Shown piece after piece: positions 45,001 to 53,535 of a stretch of 64,000 bases of DNA. The position numbers and the translations under genes are program-made. The stretch is from an uncultured bacterium (lineage in GTDB: Bacteria > Acidobacteriota > HRBIN11 > JAKEFK01): the NCBI GenBank assembly GCA_963771165.1, contig CAVYSN010000021.1, forward strand, positions 8,502 to 72,501, read 5' to 3'. The notes beneath the pieces are model-generated. The model worked only from the letters and a program-made list of their open reading frames with translations. It ran no database searches and was not told the DNA's origin. Position 1 is the first letter of the stretch, and each line of letters opens with the position of its first letter.

Positions 45001-45891
45001 ATGCCGTCATACAAGTTGGAAGAGCTTCGATTTCCGCAATTGGATGCCATGGAACGGAGCAAAACACTCTTCGTACTGGCGGTCAGTCCGTTGGAAGAGC
45101 ATGGACCTCATTTGCCGCTGGGTGTGGATGCTTTCGATGCCGAATACTTTTCCGATGAAATCACACGGGGGGTCCTGGCGAGACATCCGGAGTGGAATAT
45201 CGTCCGCATTCCAACCATGTTCATCGGCTCTTTTCTTTTCGACGCGCCAGGCAGCATCCGTATCAAACCACGAACCATGCGGAATCTTGTTGTGGATACT
45301 CTTTCTTCACTTGCCAGATACGGATTTCAATACTTCTTGATTTCCAACGCTCACGGCGGGCCAACTCATCTGATGGCGCTCGAACATGCGGCTCGCATTG
45401 TTTCGCGCCGTTTTGGAGTCCGGGCTGTTTCTTATTCAGGTCATTTGATCTGGGCCTTTCTTAGCGGTCAATACTGGCAGGAAATGAAGGAAAAGCTCCA
45501 ACTGACGGACGCCGATCTTGAAGCTCTCAAACAAGACTCGCATGCGGGTGAATGGGAAACCTCCATGATGCTGAAGCTGCGACCGGATCTGGTGGACCCT
45601 TCTTATAAAGAACTCAAGCCTTTTACTGTTCGAATGATCCAAAGACTGCGTCCGAACTATCCACTCAAGCTGGGAGAGAAGCTCGGATACGTCGGCCATC
45701 CATCCCGGGCAAATGAAAATCTCGCTGAAATTTCCAGCAAATTTCTAACAGAGAAAGCACTGGAGCTTGTGGAAAGGGATCTTTTCCAGGGGAAGCGCCT
45801 TCCCGCGTCTGTCTTCTATAAGTTTAGTTGGATCGCATTCGTCATTTTTCTACTTGCGCTTCTTACGATGGGATCGCTTCTGCTTTTGTAG
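45001..45891 (+). CDS. creatininase-family amidohydrolase with C-terminal TM helix
   Basis: PLEEHGPHLPLGVD, ISNAHGGP and HAGEWETS are creatininase-family metal-site motifs. Confidence 0.8.
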   Translation: MPSYKLEELRFPQLDAMERSKTLFVLAVSPLEEHGPHLPLGVDAFDAEYFSDEITRGVLARHPEWNIVRIPTMFIGSFLFDAPGSIRIKPRTMRNLVVDTLSSLARYGFQYFLISNAHGGPTHLMALEHAARIVSRRFGVRAVSYSGHLIWAFLSGQYWQEMKEKLQLTDADLEALKQDSHAGEWETSMMLKLRPDLVDPSYKELKPFTVRMIQRLRPNYPLKLGEKLGYVGHPSRANENLAEISSKFLTEKALELVERDLFQGKRLPASVFYKFSWIAFVIFLLALLTMGSLLLL

Positions 45892-45949
45892 CGACCGTCC
45901 AGGCTGTTCGGCTTGCTTGCCGGATCTTGGTATGATCTATTTTCAACCT

Positions 45950-47446
45950 ATGAGAAAAGGAAATCTATTTTTTGCATTGGGGCTTTGCGTCCTGTTATTT
46001 TTCTGCACTGGCGCTCATGCGCAACCTTTGAATGTTCTATTTATGGAGCCTGACACAACCCGCGCCAAGGCTGAACTGCCTGCATTTCAACTCATCTACG
46101 ATGTGCAGCGTTTGAAAACCTATAACGGTTGGTTGAACAACGGAGCAGCGCGATGGGCGTTCGATTTATACGAACAGGCCTGGAAGATATCCAATCCTTC
46201 AGTAGCATCTTATTACATCGCCCTTGTGCCGGGTGGAAATCATGCAAAGGTGGGTTTCCAGTTGTCTGACGGCTCGTTGGTGAAAGCGTTACCGCATATG
46301 ACCTACATCGAGCTTGAACCGGAAGAGCAGGTGTTTATTACGACTCTATTGCATGAAACCGGTCACATGATTCTTACGATGCTGAATGGCGGAAAAGAGA
46401 TACCCAAAAAAGAAATAGTCTCCATCCCGCACACGACCGCCGCCCTTACGGATCGAGGAACGGCTTATGACGAAGGGTTTGCGATCCACCTTGAAACTCT
46501 GGCAGCGCATTACCTCGATGATCCTTTCATTCAGGATCGTTACAATCATGCGCGTGTCGCTTTCGGTGTCCCGTCCATGCTGGGCGAATATCATCGAATC
46601 GCCGGCGATCTACTGTCTTATTCGCAAACCCGCACACGTTACATCGACATTCGTGAGAATCATTTTGCGTTTGCTCCTTCCTTTCGAGGGCCCGACTACT
46701 TTCGAGTTCAATTGGAAAAGTCGCGTGATTTCTCCGAGCTTCGAACCGCGAATCAGCTTCTTCAGTCGGAAGGATTTTATGCCAGCTTCTTTTTCTCCTA
46801 TCTGGTTAGAGGCAATGCCACGTCCCAAAAAATTGTTGTGGAGCGTCAACAAAAGATGTTGAAAATGCTCGCGGCGTTGCATGCTTCCGGGAAAGTCGAT
46901 GCAGAAACACCATTCCTGTTGAAGTTTGTGGAGACAGTGATTACCAAAGCTCCGGAAGAAGGGAAAGAGGCACTGGATGTGCTTCTGGATTTATCCCATG
47001 GAGTGTTTATTGATAAGAGCGCGCAAAAACTCTGGCGCGATCATTATTTAGCCTCATTACAAATGGATTTCAGGGAAGCCGAGAATGTGACAATTGCAAA
47101 CGCAAGGACCCGGTGGAAAAGGGAAGCGTACAACGATCCCCAAAAGCTTTATTCGCAGATTGGACCTCAGCTTCCTGTTCGGGTACCGGAACGAACCATT
47201 CTTCTTGTGGCGTTCGAAGAGTCGGTGCCGCTGTCGTTCGATCTGAATACCGCCGATGAAGGAATCATTCGAATGATTCCTCACATCAGCGATAGAGAAA
47301 TCGAAAGCTGGTTGACTCAACGCACCGAAAGGCCTTTTGCGGATCCGGAAGATTTCAGAGAAACGCTGTCCGCTATCAGAAAAAGTACTACTTCAGATTC
47401 GATTTTAGAATGCGGACAGCTCACGCAAACGCCTGATTTACTTTGA
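45950..47446 (+). CDS. secreted HEXXH zinc-metallopeptidase-like protein with C-terminal helix-hairpin-helix-like segment
   Basis: Signal MRKGNLFFALGLCVLLFFCTGAHA. LLHETGHMIL (HEXXH) has a downstream YDEGFA as a possible third ligand. The C-terminal FDLNTADEGIIRMIPHISDREIESWL is HhH-like. The track start at 45767 overlaps the upstream gene. Confidence 0.55.
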   Translation: MRKGNLFFALGLCVLLFFCTGAHAQPLNVLFMEPDTTRAKAELPAFQLIYDVQRLKTYNGWLNNGAARWAFDLYEQAWKISNPSVASYYIALVPGGNHAKVGFQLSDGSLVKALPHMTYIELEPEEQVFITTLLHETGHMILTMLNGGKEIPKKEIVSIPHTTAALTDRGTAYDEGFAIHLETLAAHYLDDPFIQDRYNHARVAFGVPSMLGEYHRIAGDLLSYSQTRTRYIDIRENHFAFAPSFRGPDYFRVQLEKSRDFSELRTANQLLQSEGFYASFFFSYLVRGNATSQKIVVERQQKMLKMLAALHASGKVDAETPFLLKFVETVITKAPEEGKEALDVLLDLSHGVFIDKSAQKLWRDHYLASLQMDFREAENVTIANARTRWKREAYNDPQKLYSQIGPQLPVRVPERTILLVAFEESVPLSFDLNTADEGIIRMIPHISDREIESWLTQRTERPFADPEDFRETLSAIRKSTTSDSILECGQLTQTPDLL

Positions 47447-47459
47447 ACAGGATCTGTTT

Positions 47460-47711
47460 TTACGGACGCGGAAACGCTGCAAAGCCCCCGATAGCGCCGC
47501 CCACAATACCTAGAACAATCGCCAGCGTCCAGAGCAACATGATGTTTTTTAGCCCCGCACCTGAATTCATCCAACCCCAGATGAACGCATAAAGTCCGCA
47601 AATCAAACCAAGAATTCCTTTCAGAGCGCTCTCTTTGAACATGCGGATAAGAACGATGATCCAACAAACCACGCTGATTGCGCCTGCTATGTACGACAGT
47701 ATCATTCCCAT
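47460..47711 (-). CDS. small integral membrane protein (83 aa, 3 TM)
   Basis: MGMILSYIAGAISVVCWIIVLI..GILGLICGLYAFIWGW..LLWTLAIVLGIVGGAIGGFA. RBS GGAGGGA. Confidence 0.5.
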   Translation of the reverse strand: MGMILSYIAGAISVVCWIIVLIRMFKESALKGILGLICGLYAFIWGWMNSGAGLKNIMLLWTLAIVLGIVGGAIGGFAAFPRP

Positions 47712-47889
47712 GCGTTGTCCCTCCTAACGTGCCTAAGTTAAACCACACGTCCAGCCTTCAATCAAGCAGGCAAGATGTCTCGCTCCGTAGCGTTTATGAT
47801 CTGCGGATGAAGGACATGCTGGAAATTGCTGTTGGATTAAACCCTACCGTTTGTGCTGGCGGGAAAGAAAACTTGTACCGCTGACCCTT

Positions 47890-48327
47890 TCAGGGCTGGT
47901 TTCCGGACGCAGGGACCGTGTCGGTGCTCAGTTCATGCAGCTGAATATTCAATACTGCGTCTTTTGATCCGCGCTTAAATTCCATTAGTTTTTCGAGTGT
48001 CTGATAGCCGGTGAGCGAATACCGCACACGGTAAAATCCGGGCCGTACGGCTACAAATCTGTATTTTCCGTTTGCACGCGTCGTACTACTCATGGTTTTT
48101 GTCCCTTCTGAACCCGGAGTGATGTTTGCTTTCTCTACCGCTTCGGAATCAACACTGAGAAGCAATACTTCAACCCCTTCAAGCTTTTTACCATTTTCAT
48201 CCGTGATTTTTCCTTCGAATCCTCGATAATTCTTTTGACTACTACTGCCGCCGCCACCACCCATGGCTACGGCGAGTGAGAAGGCACATAGCAAAGCAAC
48301 GAAAGTAAAAGAAAGTGATTTGTTCAA
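47890..48327 (-). CDS. secreted carboxypeptidase-regulatory-like (CarboxypepD_reg) domain protein
   Basis: GKITDENGKKLEGVEVLLLSV..RANGKYRFVAVRPGFYRVRYSLTGYQT. I chose the TTG at 48327, 6 nt after AGGAGG, which gives signal LNKSLSFTFVALLCAFSLAVA. The track start at 48357 is GTG. Confidence 0.6.
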   Translation of the reverse strand: MNKSLSFTFVALLCAFSLAVAMGGGGGSSSQKNYRGFEGKITDENGKKLEGVEVLLLSVDSEAVEKANITPGSEGTKTMSSTTRANGKYRFVAVRPGFYRVRYSLTGYQTLEKLMEFKRGSKDAVLNIQLHELSTDTVPASGNQP

Positions 48328-48504
48328 TTCATTCCTCCTGTACCAAGTCATTGACACATTGCAATCTCACAATCTCTTACTGTGGGTTGCGGGTCAATGA
48401 TTTTGGACTGAGCGGCGGGTTTCTGTCATGAACGGCCGTTTTTCAGGAACGTCCGCTGAAGCGACTTTTGTGGGATTGGTGGCTTGCGGGTGGAATTTAC
48501 GCCT

Positions 48505-49122
48505 TCACTTTCTCCATGCCCCTTTCAATTCACCCAAAGTACTTGTTGCTCCAAACGTTAGTTCAATCATCGTGATTGCCCCTTTTTTTGCTTCTTCCTG
48601 AGTTCTTGAATGGGCCGCTTCTACTGCAAATGTACAATCACGAAAGAGGACAACTTTAAAATCCTTATACATATGCACAATGCCTGATGGTCGCGTCAGC
48701 AGACACATATTGGTTGCATACCCTGCATACCATAAATCGGTGATGCCCTTTCTTCGAAGAAATAACCTTAGCGAATCCGATGAATAGTCTTTAGGCAATA
48801 CATAATCGCCATTACGTGGCGTAACAATTGGAGATACCTTAACACCATGAGCAGCATAGATAACCAGAATCTTTTCCTTGCGGCAAATCTCGATGAGCGG
48901 AAGCAAACATTCCTTAAGGTTTTTGATAAATGGTACATCTGTTGCATCCCAGGGATCTATGACAATCAATGCGGTTTTAGCTGTATCAAATGTTGGATTC
49001 TCGCGGATATAATTTCCATCAACATTACTGACTCTGCGGGTTTGTAACATAATTTCGCCCGCATCTGTTGCGCATGACAGAACCAGTACAATCATCAGGA
49101 TTGTGCCGATTATTCTAAACAT
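48505..49122 (-). CDS. isochorismatase-family cysteine hydrolase with N-terminal signal/anchor
   Basis: ALIVIDPWDA..VIYAAHG..GYATNMCLL (catalytic Cys context). ATG 49122 sits behind AGGAGA and gives MFRIIGTILMIVLVLSCA. Confidence 0.7.
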   Translation of the reverse strand: MFRIIGTILMIVLVLSCATDAGEIMLQTRRVSNVDGNYIRENPTFDTAKTALIVIDPWDATDVPFIKNLKECLLPLIEICRKEKILVIYAAHGVKVSPIVTPRNGDYVLPKDYSSDSLRLFLRRKGITDLWYAGYATNMCLLTRPSGIVHMYKDFKVVLFRDCTFAVEAAHSRTQEEAKKGAITMIELTFGATSTLGELKGAWRK

Positions 49123-49221
49123 ATCTCCTATTATGAAACCCTTTCGCTGCACAGACAACGGAGCTTGGTGGCCATTGGAATCCACCAGGGAAGCATTTTT
49201 ATCGTTCCTTTCTCTCGCAGC

Positions 49222-49697
49222 TCAAGACGAAGGCCACAAGCCCAGAATTCGTCGAACGGCGATCAGATCGGCGACATGATAAGCGTTGTGGTCCGCAACG
49301 AGCAGCAGTTCTCGCAAGTACGTTTGGCCCGTGCCCCACGGAATTGTGCAAAAAGATCAAGGGTCGGGTCCATGGCGAGTGCCTGCAAATCGGCCCGATC
49401 TTTTCTATATGCGGCAATGCTTTTTTCCCAACCATCAACCGGTGGCCCGATCGTCTTTGGCCAGTACTCTTCGAATTTAAGTTCTTTGTATTCGGGATCA
49501 CGACAAAAATCCAGAATATCAACCTGACAAATCCGGAGATGTTCCAGGATCTGCCAGGCGGAGTAGGGAAGGCCTGGAGGCTGCACTCCCTGCATGTCCT
49601 GTGGGATGTTCTGGACCGCATTATCAAAACTGACATGTGCATCCTCCCAATCCAACATTTTTCTTAAATGCTGACGTAGTACATCGGTTTGTTTCAG
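49222..49697 (-). pseudogene. DinB-family protein; one frame disruption, start uncertain
   Basis: LDWEDAHVSFDNAV..PYSAWQILEHLRICQVDILDFCRDP is in the track frame. The conserved end [37 protein letters not shown] reads in another frame, with stop at 49222. The junction is near 49350. AGGAGG at ~49712 has no canonical start codon at the proper distance. Confidence 0.65.
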
Positions 49698-49853
49698 TGT
49701 TTTTACGCCTCCTAACCGAATGTTAATACTCGTATGATTCCCTTCCAAGTCCTTTCTGAGTGCGGTCGGACAATTACAACTTCGCTGAAATCGACTCCTC
49801 ATCGGAGGCGGAAGTATGATTGGACGGTATGTTTTTCCGCTCCAAACGAGCGC

Positions 49854-50650
49854 GTGCTTTCAGTTCTCATTGTTTCATGGATCTTCATGATTGCCGCTTC
49901 CCACTTCTGCCATGCAGAAGAAGAGCTTCGCGATACAGGTTTGGTCTGCGCGGTCGACATGGGCAGCAACACATTCAAATTCATCGTTGCTGAAATAAAA
50001 AACGGAGAGTATTTGCAGCACATCGGATGTTCGAAAAACTGCCGCAGTCGGTGATGACCTGAAAGCCTCCGAAAAAGAATCGGGCCGCAAGATGATTTCG
50101 GAAGATAAACAGAAGGAAATCAAGTCAATGCTCGCGGAATTTCAGGATGAATGTGGCGAAAGAACCGGTTCGCGAAAAATGTATGGCATTGCCACGGCCG
50201 CTTTCCGCGAGGCCGAGAATGGACAGGACATTTCGCTGGATCTGCTGCAGCTGGGGATTCAAATAAAAATTCTGACCGATGAAGACGAATCCGTGTACGC
50301 GTACGAGGCTGCAACTTTAGGGAAGGAAGGACTTGCAGTTGTTGACCTTGGTAGTCGCACGACTGAGTTTGTGAATAAACAAGGGGACAGGTATGAATGG
50401 CGGGTCTTTCCGATAGGTTACAAAGTTGCCTGGGATGATTACTACGACAAGGCTGCTTCATTCAGCCGAGGCTCGGGACCGGCATGTTGCCAGATTGAAT
50501 GAATTGATTGAAGAAAGTGCCAGAAACATTTTGCGCAGCCGGCGCGAATTGGTGGCGATTGAGGTTGGAGAGACTGCGGCCTCTATACTTGGAATTCCGC
50601 AAAGCCAGATTGAAGGAAAGGTGATTCTAGCGCTCTCAGATTCAAAATAA
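49854..50650 (+). pseudogene. Ppx/GppA phosphatase-family (ASKHA fold) protein; two frame disruptions
   Basis: VCAVDMGSNTFKFIVAEI (phosphate-1 motif), YGIATAAFREAENG and AVVDLGSRTTEF lie in successive frames 0,1,2. Junctions are near 50022 and 50465. The GTG start at 49854 gives a signal-like N-terminus. The 3' end may extend beyond 50650. Confidence 0.6.
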
Positions 50651-50725
50651 ATTGAAAGGCCTTCTGGACATGAGCCCCGAAGCTTTCGCCGATCTCAAAA
50701 AGAACTTTCAAGATGCTTCCGGGTT

Positions 50726-50921
50726 TTACCTCGACTTGTTCTTCTCGATTTCATTTTGAAAATACCGGTTACGACAGGTTTCGCGGCACCGATCGTGAAT
50801 TGAATGTTGCGGTTGTTTACAAATTCCAACTGAGCGGAACGATGTCAAAGTGAATGCAAAAGGACTGACGCTGAATACTCCGGCGTCTGCAAGAACAGAC
50901 CAAAACAATCATTGTTTTCAT
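50726..50921 (-). CDS. possible small secreted peptide (frame ambiguous)
   Basis: A strong RBS AGGAGA lies 4-5 nt before ATG 50921 (MKTMIVLV..). The hydrophobic continuation SVLADAGVFSVSPFA.. is in the +1 frame (track ORF 50726..50908). Confidence 0.25.
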
Positions 50922-51305
50922 AGCTTCTCCTAAAGTTCTTCTTATGACGGAAGCCTAAATGCAAAACCTGCACTTTAGGCGCTCCTCATTGTCGGGTTGT
51001 TTACTTTGATCATTCCGAATGCCGTAGGTGGCCGGTCTGTACATCCCCACAATTGTAACGGGAAGTCTCGCAACAGCGTTGATTGTTCTGCTATTGAAAA
51101 GACGTGCCAGCCTTGCGCGACCGGCATAGTATTAGATTGCTTGTCAATTCGTAGATCTTTGCTGTAGCATGCGGTTTCAATGGCAATCCGCTTTTCAAGC
51201 AGCGTTTCTACCGTCGATAGCATGTGGAAGATTGAGCGAATGCTGGCATGATGGAGGCGATTTGAAAAGCTGCAGAAGCGTCTTTCCGCCGCTTAAAAAA
51301 TGAAA

Positions 51306-51326
51306 GGGCGGGTCCTGGACCCGCCC
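51306..51326 (-). terminator. REP-like GC hairpin GGGCGGGTCCTGGACCCGCCC downstream of the small secreted protein gene
   Basis: A perfect 9-bp stem lies 19 nt after the stop at 51345 and is flanked by an A-run (T-run on the transcribed strand). Confidence 0.65.
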
Positions 51327-51344
51327 AAACAGACTACTCTGAAG

Positions 51345-51743
51345 TTATTTGCTTACGCAGGTATTGCTTGCTGCCGCAACAGTCACTCCTGTCTTGATGT
51401 TGACAACGCTGGCGCGAACGGTATCTCCTCCCCGAACAAAATTTGCTGAGACAAAAGAATCCAGGTCTGCGCTGTTTGCTGTTGAATCGAAATCGAGATC
51501 AACGTCATCGGGAGCTATTGTGACGGTTCTGACTTTCTTTGCTTCCGTCTTTACGATTGCTCCTGTTCTCGCGTTTTTCACTTTGGCACCATACGTCCCT
51601 CTAGCCAGGTCCTGTCCATCGACTTGAATCCTCACTCTTCCTGATTCCACTCTGCATCGGACTCGTGCTGATGCCGCGTAGGAATCCAGAGCCAACGCCA
51701 TCAGGATTGTTGCACCCACCAAAACTTGTAAAAACCTTTTCAT
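51345..51743 (-). CDS. secreted hypothetical protein (132 aa), sigma54-dependent
   Basis: RBS AAGGAGG, ATG 51743, signal MKRFLQVLVGATILMALALDSYA. The mature part is beta-rich with two Cys (RVRCRV...SNTCVSK). I recognised no family. Confidence 0.6.
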   Translation of the reverse strand: MKRFLQVLVGATILMALALDSYAASARVRCRVESGRVRIQVDGQDLARGTYGAKVKNARTGAIVKTEAKKVRTVTIAPDDVDLDFDSTANSADLDSFVSANFVRGGDTVRASVVNIKTGVTVAAASNTCVSK

Positions 51744-51790
51744 TTGATTTCCTCCTTGTTTATTCATCAATTTTTCAAGGAATGCACTAG

Positions 51791-51806
51791 AGCAACGGTT
51801 GTGCCA
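51791..51806 (-). promoter_or_regulatory. sigma54 promoter TGGCAC-N5-TTGCT (minus strand)
   Basis: The reverse complement of 51791-51806 is TGGCACAACCGTTGCT, a near-perfect match to TGGCACG-N4-TTGCW. It lies 48 nt upstream of ATG 51743 and directly downstream of a sigma54 response-regulator gene. Confidence 0.7.
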
Positions 51807-51979
51807 GGTACCGATTCGACTGACATTGTTGACAAGGATGGACGAGAAATGGAAGAGATTCGGAATGATATGAGAAGGTTTTGTTCGTGAATTGCGGCTG
51901 ATTAAGCGAAAGAACCCGGGTTTGGATCCCTTCGTTCGGTCGTCAATCGTTCCAATGAAGCCTTGAAGCTTTAAAACAG

Positions 51980-52001
51980 AGGCCGGATTTCATTCTGGCC
52001 T
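51980..52001 (-). terminator. candidate intrinsic terminator after the response-regulator gene
   Basis: Stem AGGCCGG/CTGGCCT (7 bp including one G-U) with an 8-nt loop, followed on the minus strand by CTGTTTTAA. Confidence 0.35.
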
Positions 52002-52139
52002 TCTTAATTTACAATCAATTAACGTGGCAAGATGAATGCCAACGTAATTTCGGTCAGACATCCTCGATTAAAATCACGATCTTGCGAAGATTTTTGCGAA
52101 TTTAAAGCTGAAAAAGCGGAACAAGCGTAAAAAGAATTT

Positions 52140-53535
52140 TTATGATTCCAGGATTGCGTGCCAACGTTCGACAGGGCGCCCTGATGTGCGAATCCGGTCT
52201 TGGCGTACAAGTCCTTTATTATTAAGCAGAGTCAACAATTGACCGATCTCCTGCGCGGATTTGTGGTTTGCAAAGAGCGCTGAAATTTCAGTCCGCGTCA
52301 AACCCTCCTCTGAATGGCGAAGAGCATTCAGTACAATCTCGGCAGGACCATCCGTTGACACGGATGATTGGACCGTTTTGAAATGGTCTAGCATTAAATC
52401 TGCAAAATGTTGAGGCGCCAGCGGTCCGCCTCGCGCGAGCAAAATCGCTCTTTCCAGAACATTCTTCAGCTCCCGGATGTTACCGGGCCAATCATAGGAG
52501 GATAATCGTTGCAAGATTGTTTCAGGAACCTCGACAATATTAGAATTCAGCTGTTGCAATAGATGTCGAACGAGTCCGGGAAGATCCACCAGTCGTTCGC
52601 GCAAAGAAGGAAGCTGAATTGGGAAGATGAAAATCCGGAAATAGAGATCCCTTCTAAACCGTCCTTGTTTGATTTCTTCCTTTAAATCGCGGTTTGTGGC
52701 GCAGATTAAACGGAAATCGCTTTTACGCACCCTCACGTCTCCAACCCGCCTGTATTGTTTCTCTTCAATCACTTTCAAAAACTGAGTCTGGACCGTGAAA
52801 TCCATGTCCCCTATTTCATCAAGGAAGAGGGTTCCTCCATCCGCAACCTCGAGCAGACCTTGCTGATCTTGAACGGCTGAAGTGAATGAGCCTTTTGTGT
52901 GACCGAATAACTCGCTTGCAAGAAGCTCCCCGCGAAGGCCTGAGCAGTTTACTTCAACAAAAGGGGATGATTTCAGGTGACTGTGTGCATGGATCCACCG
53001 GGCCAGGACTCCTTTCCCCGTTCCTGTCTCTCCCAGAAGCAACACAGGCGAACTGTTTTCTGCTGCGACAGAGGCAAGTTCACGAAGTTTTTTCATCGAG
53101 TCGCTTTCTCCAAAGAAGGGCTCTTCTTTCTCGGCTTGTTTCAGGCGAACGGCCTGAACACGGCGCAAACCGCCAAGTTCCAGACTTTTCTGAAGGAAGA
53201 CATCGAGGTCCAGCATGCTGACCGGCTTCGTCAGGAAATGATCCGCGCCGCGCCTTAACGCATCCACAGCAACAGCCATATCTCCTTCACCTGTGATCAC
53301 AACAAGTGCTACATCAGACGAGATTCGTCGAAGCTCCGAAATCCAATTCAATCCACTTCCATCCGGAAGATTCAGGTCCAGCAGTATCGCATCAAACCGT
53401 TGCCCTAAAACAGCTTCTTTTGCCTCGAGCAATACTGCCGGCCTCGTGCACTTCGTAACCGGCTCTGGACAGATATCGTACGAATGCGAAGCGAATGCCC
53501 GAATCATCATCAATAAGAAGTATCTGTGGTTTCAT
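52140..53535 (-). pseudogene. sigma54-dependent response regulator (REC - AAA+ - atypical C-terminal DNA-binding domain); one frame disruption in REC
   Basis: MKPQILLIDDDSGIRFAFVRYLSRAGYEVHEAGSI (ATG 53535) is in one frame. EAKEAVLGQRFDAILLDLNLPDGSG onward is in the track frame. The junction is near 53430. GETGTGKG and GSFTSA (GAFTGA variant) are present. The C-terminus is GLTRTEISALFANHKSAQEIGQLLTLLNNKGLVRQDRIRTSGRPVERW. Confidence 0.85.

Noticed and set aside
45767-45949. N-terminal 61-codon extension of the HEXXH protein ORF
   Set aside because: It overlaps the creatininase-family gene in another frame. The internal ATG at 45950 yields a canonical signal peptide.
50975-51223. 82-aa minus-strand ORF in the 50.9-51.3 kb gap
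   Set aside because: It has no Shine-Dalgarno sequence, no recognisable motif and unremarkable composition. I cannot tell it apart from a chance ORF in a region that may also contain frame-disrupted remnants.
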